DNA from: an uncultured delta proteobacterium
GTDB lineage: Bacteria > Desulfobacterota > RBG-13-43-22
Assembly (NCBI GenBank): GCA_963790475.1
Contig: CAWBOS010000006.1
Span: 576,001-640,000 of the forward strand
Direction of reading: 5' to 3'
DNA: 64,000 nucleotides
Position 1 is the stretch's first letter. Every line of letters starts with the position of its first letter. The position numbers and the translations under genes were made by a program. Under the pieces are notes generated by a model. The model worked only from the letters and a program-made list of their open reading frames with translations. It was not told where the DNA came from and made no database searches. Shown here one piece after another: positions 39,799-50,090 of this stretch.

Positions 39799-39804
39799 AC
39801 GAAT

Positions 39805-41046
39805 ATGGCTGAATTAAAACGGAATATAGAAAAAAAGGCCATTGAATTACTCGGCTTCTTTCCGGTAGTGATCATTTTGGGGGTCCGACAATGTGGGAAA
39901 ACCACTCTGGCCAGAATGTTAAGACCCGAATGGGAGTATTTTGATTTAGAACGCCATAGAGACTTTGATTTTTTGACCCGTGACTTTGATTTTTTTATCA
40001 AAGAGCACTCGCATTCTATTGTAATCGATGAGGCCCAAAGATTCCCGGCGCTGTTTCAGGAACTTCGCGGTGTCATTGACAGGGACAGGCGGAGGAAAAA
40101 CCGTTTTTTACTAACCGGTTCCAGTTCTCTTGAATTGATAAAAAATGTCTCGGAAAGTCTGGCTGGGCGTGTGGGACTGATCGAACTTGGGACCTTCAAG
40201 GCCAATGAAACCTTTGCCGTAGATTTGTCGGAATTTTATCAAATATTCAATGAAAAGCTGAGTAAAACCACTATTGATTATTTAAAAGGCCTGAAATCTA
40301 AACTATCTCATGATCAAGTGATGGTTACCTTCTTAAAAGGGGGGTATCCTGAACCGATACTGGAAAAAAAAGAAGGATTCCTTGAGGCCTGGATGGAAAA
40401 TTATTTTCAGACCTATGTGCAAAGAGATATCAGAACGCTCTTCCCCAGGCTGGACCTTATAAAATATCAACGTTTTGTTTCCATGCTGGCCTCCCTTAGC
40501 GGAACCATAATCAATCGGTCTCAAGTGGGAAGGTCATTGGATATTTCCGAAAAATCAGTCAGGGATTATTTAGAAATTGCCGAAGGGAGTTATATTTGGA
40601 GAAATGTACCAAGCTATGAATCGAGCCTGAGCAAATCAATCGTCAAGATGCCGAAAGGTCATTTCCGGGATAGTGGTTTATCCCATTTTATTCGACAAAT
40701 TAAAAGCAGGAATCAATTGCTGAATCATCCTAATGTAGGTGCAGGATTTGAAGCCTTGATCACCGAGGAAATTATCAAAGGACTTCAGTCCCTTTCTATC
40801 ACCAACTGGCACTATCATTATTTTCGTACCAGAAACGGAGCCGAAATAGATCTTATTCTTGAAGGGCCTTTCGGAACTCTACCCATTGAAATAAAATTAG
40901 GAAGTCAGATCAAACAGCGTCAGTTGCAGGCCATGAAGAACTTCGTTCAAATCCATAACCTTCCTTTGGGGATTGTGATTAATAATGGTGATAAAGTTGA
41001 ATTAATCGCCGATAAAATCATTCAATTGCCAGCAGGCTGTGTCTAA
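39805..41046 (+). CDS. AAA_14 ATPase + DUF4143 protein
   Basis: GVRQCGKTT, IDEAQ, LTGSS, ESLAGR, GGYPE, EIDLI..IEIK. Confidence 0.9.
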   Translation: MAELKRNIEKKAIELLGFFPVVIILGVRQCGKTTLARMLRPEWEYFDLERHRDFDFLTRDFDFFIKEHSHSIVIDEAQRFPALFQELRGVIDRDRRRKNRFLLTGSSSLELIKNVSESLAGRVGLIELGTFKANETFAVDLSEFYQIFNEKLSKTTIDYLKGLKSKLSHDQVMVTFLKGGYPEPILEKKEGFLEAWMENYFQTYVQRDIRTLFPRLDLIKYQRFVSMLASLSGTIINRSQVGRSLDISEKSVRDYLEIAEGSYIWRNVPSYESSLSKSIVKMPKGHFRDSGLSHFIRQIKSRNQLLNHPNVGAGFEALITEEIIKGLQSLSITNWHYHYFRTRNGAEIDLILEGPFGTLPIEIKLGSQIKQRQLQAMKNFVQIHNLPLGIVINNGDKVELIADKIIQLPAGCV

Positions 41047-41271
41047 GCTGGGGAAGGCAAGAATGCCCGGACCTCCGGGACACCTTTACCTGAAAAGAAA
41101 AGTCACATCAAAATTTAAAGCTTTAACTTTATCCCCAAAGGCATCACCCCCACTTTCCTAAAAATCACTATCATCGGCCAAATCATACTTTTGGGGTCTG
41201 GTCCCTCTGCTTCATCCCTCAAAAACTTATATTGCCTGTTGAATGTCATTTATTAAAATCCATTATTAATC

Positions 41272-41320
41272 TTGACAACCTCTTCCATCGCGTCTTACAA
41301 TACTATTAGAAAAGTAAGAC
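41272..41320 (+). promoter_or_regulatory. TA promoter with overlapping operator palindrome
   Basis: TTGACA-N18-TACAAT; GTCTTAC-N15-GTAAGAC inverted repeat. Confidence 0.65.
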
Positions 41321-41341
41321 ATTATATTGTGAGGAAATTTT

Positions 41342-41587
41342 ATGAAGTCCAAATTATCTTCCAAAGGTCAATTGATTATCCCTAAAGCCATCCGTCATTC
41401 TTTGGCCTTGAAGTCCGGTTCCCAATTCAATATCAAAGTGAGCAACCGGAAAATAATCCTTGAACCCCTTCAAAAGGACTCCCCCTTGGATTTCTTGTAT
41501 GGGAAATATGCCGGGGTCGATTTGCTTGGTCCTTTAGAGAAGGAACATCAAAAAGAGCTAGGAAATGAAAACAACCTTCGTTCTTGA
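41342..41587 (+). CDS. AbrB/MazE-family antitoxin
   Basis: LSSKGQLIIPKAIR..L.LK.G. Confidence 0.88.
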   Translation: MKSKLSSKGQLIIPKAIRHSLALKSGSQFNIKVSNRKIILEPLQKDSPLDFLYGKYAGVDLLGPLEKEHQKELGNENNLRS

Positions 41588-41984
41588 TGCCTGGGCCATT
41601 TTAGCCTTACTACAAAAGGAAGAGCCGGCTGCCTCCCGTGTGCTCCAGCTTCTCCAAGAAGCGAACAGGCAGGGGTTGAAGTTATATGTCTCGATTATCA
41701 ACCTGGGTGAGGTTTATTATCGAATAGGACGTGTTAAAGGGAAAAAAGAGGCCGACGAAACCTTAAAGAGCCTTTATCAATTACCCGTAACTATCCTTCC
41801 GGCAACGGATCAGATCGTGCTGGAAGCCGCCGCCTTAAAGATGCAATTGGCCATTTCCTATGCCGACGCCTTTGCCGCGGCCGAAACCCAACGACTTAAA
41901 GCCACCCTGGTAACCGGTGATCCGGAACTGGTCGGGTTAAAGGGAGTTATCCGGATTGAAAAATTAAAACGTAGGGGAAAATAG
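41565..41984 (+). CDS. vapC: VapC PIN-domain toxin
   Basis: VLDAWA, NLGEV, SYADA, LVTGD. Confidence 0.88.
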   Translation: MKTTFVLDAWAILALLQKEEPAASRVLQLLQEANRQGLKLYVSIINLGEVYYRIGRVKGKKEADETLKSLYQLPVTILPATDQIVLEAAALKMQLAISYADAFAAAETQRLKATLVTGDPELVGLKGVIRIEKLKRRGK

Positions 41985-42214
41985 GAAAAACTGTTTTATA
42001 ATTGGATTTGAAAGCCCAACCGAGATCGACTTCAAAAAAGATATTTTCTTGCCGGGTGACCTTAAGGACGGTAGTTAACCTGAGGAATCAAACAAGACGG
42101 GAATGAGAAAATAGCAATGTAAAAGAATTGACCCCATGCCTACGTCAAGCCAGCGATCACTGAAATCCGAGAACAGCATACTTATTTCTTGAAATATTTA
42201 ATACATGATTCGGA

Positions 42215-43054
42215 TCAATTTTTTTCTTGGAGATAATCAAAGGCATTCTTGAAAATCTTCAGCCCCGCCCCTTCTTCCGTTTCCAACACCTTCCCTTGCC
42301 GTTCCCTCATTTCTTTATGCAAGGTCCAGTTGGGATGCTGGGTGAAGTGATGATAGGCTTCGGGATGAGGCATGAGGCCGAAAATGCGGCCCGTGGGGTC
42401 ACAAATTCCGGCGATATCTAATAACGAACCATTGGGGTTATCGGGAAAACGGCCTTCGGCCCTGTCCCCGGAAGGCAGGACATAGGAAAGGGCCACCTGG
42501 TAATTATCCTGCAGTTGAGTTAGCACCCTTTCCGGCGCATAGAATTTCCCTTCTCCATGTCGAATGGGCAATTCCAGGAATTCGATCCCCTGAGTAAAAA
42601 TGCAAGGGGATTCCGAATTACTCCTCATCTTCACCCAATCATTTCTAAAATTGCCGCAGTCATTGGCCAGCAGGGCCACTTCCCTCCGGTCATACCGGCC
42701 TCGAAAACCGGGCAAAAGCCCCATGTTGACCATGGCCTGAAACCCGTTACAGATCCCGATAATCAATTTCCCGGCAGCGATAAATTCTTCCAGGTCGGTC
42801 TTTAATTTGTACTTCAGACGCGTGGCCAGAAGGACCCCGGCCCCATGATCATCCCCCCAGCTAAAACCACCGTCAAAGGCCAGGAGGTGAAAATCTTTTA
42901 GTCTTTTGGAGGTCTGCCCTATCTCCGGGTTTATCAATTCACTGATGTGCACCCGATCGGCCTTAAAGCCGGCCAGGGTCAAGGCATATTGAGTTTCCAG
43001 GTCACAATTCAAACCATATCCGGTCAAAACCAGAGCACGGGGAATATTCATCAT
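42215..43054 (-). CDS. purQ: FGAM synthase glutaminase subunit
   Basis: GICNGFQ, HGEG, NPNGS, MPHPE. Confidence 0.93.
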   Translation of the reverse strand: MMNIPRALVLTGYGLNCDLETQYALTLAGFKADRVHISELINPEIGQTSKRLKDFHLLAFDGGFSWGDDHGAGVLLATRLKYKLKTDLEEFIAAGKLIIGICNGFQAMVNMGLLPGFRGRYDRREVALLANDCGNFRNDWVKMRSNSESPCIFTQGIEFLELPIRHGEGKFYAPERVLTQLQDNYQVALSYVLPSGDRAEGRFPDNPNGSLLDIAGICDPTGRIFGLMPHPEAYHHFTQHPNWTLHKEMRERQGKVLETEEGAGLKIFKNAFDYLQEKN

Positions 43055-46044
43055 ATCAGGCCTCCAAAGGTTTGATGAAAGGCCTCTCTCAAGGGTTTCA
43101 GTCGGCTTTTTATCAAAGTCTTCTTCCCGGTCTTAATAATCAAGCTTTGGTCTTTCCGAACTCGTCCGATATATTCCATTCGACATCCGGCCATGCTTTT
43201 TTCAATGGCCTTTTTCTTTTCAGGATCCACGGAGAGGATGATCCGGCCACAGGATTCAGAAAATAAGAGCTTGTCCGGCCGGAGGGGTAAGGCACCAGGG
43301 GCTTGGGCCAGGTCCACTTCCATACCCAAATCGCCGGCCAGGGCCATAAGGACCAGATGGATCCCCAGGCCTCCCCGATAGACCCCGTGAGCTGCAGAAA
43401 TCAGGCCTGCTTCGATAGCCCGTTGCAAGGCCGCATAATGGGTTTTTTCCGGGTCTCCTTTCAGCCGAGGGACGTTCAGTCCCACATGCCCAAAAAGATC
43501 ATAGTATTCCGACCCTCCTGCTTCATCCCTGGTTTCCCCAAGGACATAGAGCAGGTCCCCGGGAATTTTGATATCCATGGAGACGCACCCGCGGACATCG
43601 GGGACGATGCTGGTGGCCGTAAACTGAAAGGTCGGAAGCCCTGAAATCCGGTGGGCCTCTCCAAAGGGACCATTGATATAACCGTCCACATACATGCTGT
43701 CCTTTCCGGAGAGCAGGGGGATCCCGAATTTAAGACAGACATCCCTCAAGGCCCAATTGGCCCGCACCAGTTGTGCGGCCTTGTATTTTCCATCCGGATT
43801 TTCCTGTGGATCATATTGGATACTGGGCCAGCAGAAATTATCCACTCCTCCGATTTGCTCCAGGTCACTGCCCACTACCAACAACCTGCGGACCGTCTCA
43901 TCGATGGTAGCGGCCACCATGGCCTGAGTGTCGATCAGTCCATAGGTAGGCAGGATGGACTGGGTAAAAGCAATGCCCCGCAAGGAGGGCAGATGGGGCC
44001 TAATAACCACAGCATCGGCGGGGATATCGCGGTTTTTCCCGGCCAGCGGTTTAAGGACATTTCCTCCCTGGACCTCGTGATCGTATTGACGGTTAATCCA
44101 GTTCTTGGAGGCGATGTTTGGTCTGGTCAGCATGGTTTTTAACAGCCCGAGATAATCTTCCGGTTCTTTAATGACCGGTTCGATCATGCCCCTGGCCTCG
44201 GGCTCCTGCCACTCGGCCTCAAAAGTCCATTTAGGAAAATCGGATTGCAGAAAATTCAAATCCACATAAGCACACGTTTGTCCATGATAAAGCAGGTGGA
44301 CCTTGCCTGAATCCGTATAGTTACCAAGGTTCGCACATTCCACATTGTGTTTTCGAGCCAATTCCTGAAATCGATCCCAATGTTCAGGCTTCAGTCCCAC
44401 GGTCATCCGTTCTTGGGATTCGGAAACCCAAATCTCCCATTGATCCAGACCTTCATACTTCAAGGGTACCCGATCCAGGTGAACCTCACAACCGTTGCTG
44501 AAACGGGATGATTCCCCGATCGATGAAGAAAGCCCTCCACCACCGTTATCGGTAATATAAGCCATAATCCCTTCATCCCGGGCTTCAAGAAGAAAGTCGT
44601 GCATCTTTTTCTGGGTGTAGGGGTCACCGATCTGAACATGACCGGCCGGGGTATTGGCACTGTAGACTTCGGAAGAGGCGGTAACCCCATGGATCCCGTC
44701 CTTTCCCACCCGGCCTCCACACATGATAATCAGGTCTCCCGGTTCGGTACGTTTTAATTCTATCGGTTCTCCTTTGATCCGGGCCGGCATGAATCCCAGG
44801 GCGGCCACAAAGACCAGACATTTCCCGATATAGTTAGGGTGAAAAAAGACCTGGCCGAAGGGTGTCGGGATCCCGCTCTTGTTGCCGCCGTCCCGCACCC
44901 CCTCGATGATCCCGTCCAGCAGGCGACGGGGGTGGAGTTTGGGTTTAAGAGGGCCGGCATAGTCCCTGGGCCCGACACAATATCCGTAACTGCCCATCCA
45001 AAGTCTGGACCCCTTGCCGGTGCCCATAGGATCCCGATAGACCCCGACGATCCCGGTTATCGCTCCGCCGTAAGGTTCCATGTTGGAAGGGCTGTTATGG
45101 GTCTCGGCCGTAATACAATAATAATGATTTTCATCAAAGCGGGCCACACCGGCATTATCCCAGAGGACCGAGATCACCCAGTCCTTCTCCCGCTGTATCT
45201 TCAGCGTAGGGGCTTCGATACAGGTTTTAAAAAGATTGTCGATCTCTTGCCGGTCGCCGGTTGAGAGATCCAGATAATGGAATAATCCCCTGAAGGTATT
45301 ATGATTGCAATGGTCGCTGCGGGCCTGGGATACATACTCCAATTCCACGTCAGTGGGCAGGGTCAGCCCAACGGATTTTCTTGCTTCAAGGATTTCAGCT
45401 TTCTGGAAATAGGCCTGAATAACGGCCATATCCCCTTTCGGTAAGGACCAGGACCTTTCCCGGTTAAGCCGGGAAAATTCTTCCAGTGAATCAATGGGTA
45501 TGACAGATACTGTCGGTTGATGATATAATTGCACTTTTGGGATGGGAGTCCCTATCCCTGAGGTCCCATCCCATTCCGATTTGGAAAAAACTTTCCATTG
45601 TTGAATCAGGTCATTGGCCAAAAGTTCCCGGGCAATTTTTTCCAGGGCCTCTTTTCTTATTCGCGGGGCCTTGATCTGATATTGCCTGGAAGTGTAAACG
45701 GCCTCACCCGGCGGAAGCTTTATCTCCAGGAAGGCTTCTATAGCCTCGACGGCCGTGCTCCCGGCGTTATCCTTCACGCCGGGCAGAAAACCCACCCAGA
45801 TAAGCCAGTCGAAATCAAGGGCCAGGGGCTGGAACGAAGAAATCTGGGTCACCGGGTTGGTAAAGATTTCATTCCGGATGGCCTCCAGTTGTTCCCGGGG
45901 TAAGGTCGTATCAAAAGTCAGGACTTGGATGGTCCGAACCTCTTGCACTTTAATCCCCAGATATTCCCGGGCCTTCTTTTTGAGCGTTTCTCCCTCGGGG
46001 TCCCTTATCTCGGATTTAAGCATAATCTCTAATCGTTGGGGCAT
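43051..46044 (-). CDS. purL: FGAM synthase synthetase subunit with PurS-like N-terminus
   Basis: SDHCNH, ETHNSPS, GRVGKDGIHG, QYDHEVQ, SGKDS. Confidence 0.93.
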   Translation of the reverse strand: MPQRLEIMLKSEIRDPEGETLKKKAREYLGIKVQEVRTIQVLTFDTTLPREQLEAIRNEIFTNPVTQISSFQPLALDFDWLIWVGFLPGVKDNAGSTAVEAIEAFLEIKLPPGEAVYTSRQYQIKAPRIRKEALEKIARELLANDLIQQWKVFSKSEWDGTSGIGTPIPKVQLYHQPTVSVIPIDSLEEFSRLNRERSWSLPKGDMAVIQAYFQKAEILEARKSVGLTLPTDVELEYVSQARSDHCNHNTFRGLFHYLDLSTGDRQEIDNLFKTCIEAPTLKIQREKDWVISVLWDNAGVARFDENHYYCITAETHNSPSNMEPYGGAITGIVGVYRDPMGTGKGSRLWMGSYGYCVGPRDYAGPLKPKLHPRRLLDGIIEGVRDGGNKSGIPTPFGQVFFHPNYIGKCLVFVAALGFMPARIKGEPIELKRTEPGDLIIMCGGRVGKDGIHGVTASSEVYSANTPAGHVQIGDPYTQKKMHDFLLEARDEGIMAYITDNGGGGLSSSIGESSRFSNGCEVHLDRVPLKYEGLDQWEIWVSESQERMTVGLKPEHWDRFQELARKHNVECANLGNYTDSGKVHLLYHGQTCAYVDLNFLQSDFPKWTFEAEWQEPEARGMIEPVIKEPEDYLGLLKTMLTRPNIASKNWINRQYDHEVQGGNVLKPLAGKNRDIPADAVVIRPHLPSLRGIAFTQSILPTYGLIDTQAMVAATIDETVRRLLVVGSDLEQIGGVDNFCWPSIQYDPQENPDGKYKAAQLVRANWALRDVCLKFGIPLLSGKDSMYVDGYINGPFGEAHRISGLPTFQFTATSIVPDVRGCVSMDIKIPGDLLYVLGETRDEAGGSEYYDLFGHVGLNVPRLKGDPEKTHYAALQRAIEAGLISAAHGVYRGGLGIHLVLMALAGDLGMEVDLAQAPGALPLRPDKLLFSESCGRIILSVDPEKKKAIEKSMAGCRMEYIGRVRKDQSLIIKTGKKTLIKSRLKPLREAFHQTFGGLI

Positions 46045-46118
46045 GAGTTTTCCTATCTTTGGCGGCGGTCTTTAATACGAAAATAACCCTGGAATAGCTC
46101 CAGGCTCATTTGATCTCC

Positions 46119-46196
46119 GTCATGCCGGACATGATTCGGCATCCAGGGGTTTTCGGGCTTTCTTTTAACCTGGATCCCGGCTTTCGCCGGAATGAC
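46119..46196. repeat. Inverted REP pair (REPIN/BIME-like)
   Basis: GTCATGCCGGAC...GGCATCCAG and CTGGATCCCGGCTTTCGCCGGAATGAC; related to 5679-5704. Confidence 0.7.
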
Positions 46197-46323
46197 ACCC
46201 TATTGCACGTTTGAGCAACATTTTCATGATTCGTGGCGTCCCCAAAGGGAGGGCATGAGGTTAAGTCTAACATGATCAAAAAATAATAAAAGGGGAACCC
46301 ATTTGTCAAATTAATAATTTTTA

Positions 46324-47274
46324 TTATACATGATTACGCAACTTCAGCTCGAGGGGATGAGGTTCCAGATACCACTGGTCTTTTAAATAAGGTTGATCGT
46401 ATTGACGCACATAATGACGGAGAAGAGTCACCGGCACGATAAGTGGGATCAGCCTCTGTTTAAAGTGATCGATAACTTCGAGCAATTCCTGCTTTTCATC
46501 CGCGGATAGATCTTTTTTAAAGAAACCCATCATATGCGTGAGCACATCAGTATGTTTTTTGAGGGTAGTTTTGATGCGCAGTGCTTCCAAGAACAGGGCC
46601 TGATAGGCAGTAAATCTTTCCTTTAAAGACAAATCATCCGAACAGGCGACCAATTGCCCCATTTGTTGGTAATGTTTTCGGCTATGGGATAAAATTAAAA
46701 ATTTATGGTTGGTATGGAAATTAATAAGGGAATTCAAACCGGATTTTTGAGTCGCAACCTCCCGCCAGCGTTTTAAGGCAAAAATCCGTTCGATAAAATT
46801 TTCCCGCTGCCGGGGATCATGAAGGCGTCTCTCCTCTTCCGCCGGTATTAACGGGAACCGGGCCATAAATTCCCGGGCAAAGATCCCTACCCCTGTTTTG
46901 ACCGGTTCCCCTTTATCTTTATAAACCTTCACGCCTTCCATGCCGCTGCTGGGAGAGCCGCTTTTAAAGATAAACCCGCAAAGCCCTTCCTTTTCCAATT
47001 CGGCGATCCGCCTTCCGGCCCAGTTCTTCATCCTTTTGGTAATATCTGTTTTAGTGCGGATCGTCACTAAACGGGGGTCAGCCGGATTTCCCTCAAGACG
47101 CAGGGCCTCCCGGGGAACCCCCAGGCCGCATTCCACCTCCGGACAGACCGGGAAAAACTCGACATAATTACCCAAGGTGTCAGTAATAAAGCGGTCCCAC
47201 TTGTGGCCTCCGTCATAGCGCACGTTTTCCCCTAACAGGCAGCGGCTGATTCCGATTTTTATTTTGTCTTCCAT
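46324..47274 (-). CDS. DUF523 + DUF1722 protein (YbgA-like)
   Basis: GISRCLLGENVRYDGGH, PVCPEVECG, SPSSG, YLEPHPLEL.LRNH; start MEDK. Confidence 0.88.
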   Translation of the reverse strand: MEDKIKIGISRCLLGENVRYDGGHKWDRFITDTLGNYVEFFPVCPEVECGLGVPREALRLEGNPADPRLVTIRTKTDITKRMKNWAGRRIAELEKEGLCGFIFKSGSPSSGMEGVKVYKDKGEPVKTGVGIFAREFMARFPLIPAEEERRLHDPRQRENFIERIFALKRWREVATQKSGLNSLINFHTNHKFLILSHSRKHYQQMGQLVACSDDLSLKERFTAYQALFLEALRIKTTLKKHTDVLTHMMGFFKKDLSADEKQELLEVIDHFKQRLIPLIVPVTLLRHYVRQYDQPYLKDQWYLEPHPLELKLRNHV

Positions 47275-47344
47275 TGGAGAAAGCCCGGTAAGGAACATAA
47301 CATTTGTAGTTGAATTCTTATACTTTGCTGTAAGAGGAGTTGTC

Positions 47345-47463
47345 GCCTGGGCAGGCCAGAGGGCCCAATTATCTTGACATCGCCGGTCCCGGCTCATCCA
47401 ATAGATTAGCGGGCCATCCCCCAGGGGGCCTTTTTAAAAAAACATACCCGCTCCGGATGCCAT
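47345..47463 (-). pseudogene. N-terminal remnant of a class II CPD photolyase
   Basis: HPERV... frameshift ...GPLIYWMSRDRRCQDNWAL..AQ. Confidence 0.7.
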
Positions 47464-47469
47464 AAAAAA

Positions 47470-48996
47470 TTACCTCCTCTGCCATCGGCCTTCTCTTTGT
47501 CTGCTTATCAGTTCAGGACCCTTCAGAATAGGTTTTCCGATTGTCCTGCTGATGGCCTTCAAGAGATTAGGATAGAGCAGGCAATGGATGGGTTCCAGCG
47601 CGTACCAGTATAGGATGCCGGCCAATCCCCGGGGGAGAAAGCGGGACTTTTGTTCCAGCTCGCTGGTCCCATCCGGAAGGGGTTTTATTTTGAATTCCAG
47701 AAGGGCTTCGCCGGGGAGCTTCATTTCACCTACCAACATGAGGTGATAGGGGGGAGTGATTTCCAGTACGCGCCAAAAATCCAGGACATCCCCGGATCGC
47801 AATTCGGTAGGATGGCGCCTGCCTCCTCTGAATCCGGTGCCCCCGATGAGGCGGTCAAACCAGCCTTTGATTTTCCAGAGGCTTTGGCCGAAATACCAAC
47901 CGGTTCTTCCGCCTAACTGCACGATGGGTTTCCATATTTCCTCCGGGGTAGCCTGCAACTTGATTCGGTAACCCAATTCCAGGATGGTTCCTCCGGCATA
48001 GTGGGTATCTCCGCAATAAATCCACTCCTGGGGAATGTTGGCGCTGGCATCCATCCAACAGGTGTCTAACCGTTCCTGCTCAATCTTTTCCATTGCCAAT
48101 CGAATGGTTTGGCGGCAATCCAACAAATCCTGGGGTATAATATCCCGGATGCGGTTATCATGGCAGATCACCGGGTTGCTCAGGCCTTCGGCTAAAGGGC
48201 GGGCAATGGAAGAGGGAACCGGGGTAATAAGGTGGATCCAGTAAGAACTGAAACGGGGGCTTAGGAAAGGGAGCGGGATAATCCATCGCCTGGGGAGCCT
48301 GGCTTCTTCGGCATAGATTTTAAAAAGCTTTCGATAGGAAACGACCTCGGGACCGCCGATATCAAAAATTTGTCCTAAAACCTCATCATGTTCCAGGCAG
48401 CCCTGCAAATAGGTAAGGACATTCCGAATGCCTATGGGTTGGACGGGGGTATCCACCCACCGGGGGGCCAGCAGAATGGGCAGACGATCAGCCAGATAAC
48501 GGAGGATTTCGAAAGAAGCACTCCCGGCGCCAAGGATCATGGCCGCCCGTAAAAAAGTGGTCGGGACAGAGCCGGATTGTAATATCCGGGCCACCTCCTG
48601 CCGGGAACGCAGGTGTTTGCTGAGGTGCTGATCGTCCTGGCCGCCCAAACCACCCAAATAGATGATTCTGTTTAACCCGGCTTTGGCTGCGGCCTCGGCC
48701 ATGTTCCGGGCCCCCTGACGGTCCGTTTCCGTATATCCCTTGGGATCGGCAACCATGGAGTGGACCAGATAAAAAGCGGCCCAACACCCATCAAGGGCTT
48801 TAAAAAGAGATTCTTTATCCAGGACATTACCGGCAGCCAGTTCAACAGCAGGGTGGGAGCTCCAGGGACGCCCTTTTAATTTGGCCACTGAACGTCCCAG
48901 GGCACGCACCCGATAACCGGCGTTTAAGAGCTTGGGAACCAGTCTTCCCCCCACATATCCAGTTGCCCCGGTTACCAGAATGGGTTTTGTCGTCAT
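47470..48996 (-). CDS. NAD(P)-binding SDR + DUF2867 protein (YbjT-like)
   Basis: VTGATGYVG, YLVHSM, GSASFE, LDFWRV, FLPRGLAGILYW. Confidence 0.88.
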   Translation of the reverse strand: MTTKPILVTGATGYVGGRLVPKLLNAGYRVRALGRSVAKLKGRPWSSHPAVELAAGNVLDKESLFKALDGCWAAFYLVHSMVADPKGYTETDRQGARNMAEAAAKAGLNRIIYLGGLGGQDDQHLSKHLRSRQEVARILQSGSVPTTFLRAAMILGAGSASFEILRYLADRLPILLAPRWVDTPVQPIGIRNVLTYLQGCLEHDEVLGQIFDIGGPEVVSYRKLFKIYAEEARLPRRWIIPLPFLSPRFSSYWIHLITPVPSSIARPLAEGLSNPVICHDNRIRDIIPQDLLDCRQTIRLAMEKIEQERLDTCWMDASANIPQEWIYCGDTHYAGGTILELGYRIKLQATPEEIWKPIVQLGGRTGWYFGQSLWKIKGWFDRLIGGTGFRGGRRHPTELRSGDVLDFWRVLEITPPYHLMLVGEMKLPGEALLEFKIKPLPDGTSELEQKSRFLPRGLAGILYWYALEPIHCLLYPNLLKAISRTIGKPILKGPELISRQREGRWQRR

Positions 48997-49121
48997 CAAA
49001 TTCCTTGCCAGTGGTTAAGAACCCACATCAAGACAGAAGCAAAACTGACCCAGGCCAGGTAGGGAAAAGGCAATATTCCCGCCCATAAGCGGATTGGATA
49101 TATGAAAACCAAAAGAAGCAT
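48996..49121 (-). pseudogene. C-terminal remnant of TspO/MBR
   Basis: WAGILPFPYLAWVSFASVLMWVLN; TGATG overlap with the downstream start. Confidence 0.7.
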
Positions 49122-49172
49122 GAAATTTCATGATCAGCTATTACTTTTTTAAGTAATTATAACACAATCCCC

Positions 49173-49463
49173 TTACTCCTCAACAATACTTTCTCTGAGG
49201 GCCTGGAGGGAAAAGATTGGAACGGGCATACAGATCTCTTTTTCAGGATAATACATACAGCGATAGGAGATTCCTTGGTTACCCTGCCTGGCCATGACCT
49301 CCCACCCCCGTGTTAGATAAGGGCAGGCATCATTAAAACAGATATACATAAACTCATTTTCCCATTCAGTGAAAGGACCCTGGGGGACCTCCCATTTTTT
49401 CATTTTTTCCCCACAATAGGGACATTCCAAGGTGTTTTTTATGTTTTTTATTTTCTCTTTCAT
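49173..49463 (-). CDS. Small zinc-finger protein
   Basis: 96 aa; CPYC...YICFNDACPY..GW; GAGG RBS. Confidence 0.75.
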   Translation of the reverse strand: MKEKIKNIKNTLECPYCGEKMKKWEVPQGPFTEWENEFMYICFNDACPYLTRGWEVMARQGNQGISYRCMYYPEKEICMPVPIFSLQALRESIVEE

Positions 49464-49490
49464 TTCTTTTTCCTCTTCTTTACTTTTTTT

Positions 49491-49910
49491 GACCATGATC
49501 AACCTTTTGGCTGGTTTTGGGGGGCATTCCTTCCGTTTGTTTTTCGGCGTACAGAGCATAAACAGGATCCCCTGGAATTCCCCACCGAAATACATGTTCG
49601 ACGCCTTGGGTAAACTGTCCTTGGAGACCGATACCTGGGGTGGGCGGAAATGCCCTCAGCCGTTTGAAGTAATCTCTCGAATGCAGTATTGAGGCTACCG
49701 GCAGCTGTGCAGTCTGACTGGGATCAGCGGAATACATTGGAACGAGCTGTTATCAGGGGATTGTCCCGGAAAGAGCATCGAAACATACCGTCCATGGGGT
49801 GGATGAAAAGATGCCCGGTTGACTTCTTGAAAGACCTCTACGGGTATAGACCAGATAATCGACCGAAACGGTATTCGGAACAGGTATCGAAAGCTATTAT
49901 CAGCAGATGA
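49491..49910 (+). pseudogene. Highly decayed ISL3-family transposase fragment
   Basis: Across frameshifts: VNCP, WAE, ECSIEA, WDQ..LERAVIRGLSRKE, GVDEK (49796-49810). Confidence 0.55.
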
Positions 49911-50090
49911 GGCATATGCGTATTATGTTTCAGGTATGGTATTTTGGGCAACATTCACGGTTAAATATATTTTCATTGTGGTGGATTGAATTTATTTCCC
50001 CTACAGCCAACATTGTCCAACATTAAGATTCAAACCTAATACATATTGGGGATACCCATGAAAATGCCGGATGCGGCACTTTAAGTTTTA

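Noticed and set aside
49432-49990. Plus-strand frame interrupted by several TGA codons (possible selenoprotein)
   Set aside because: No redox motif context or evident SECIS; better explained as a decayed ISL3 fragment
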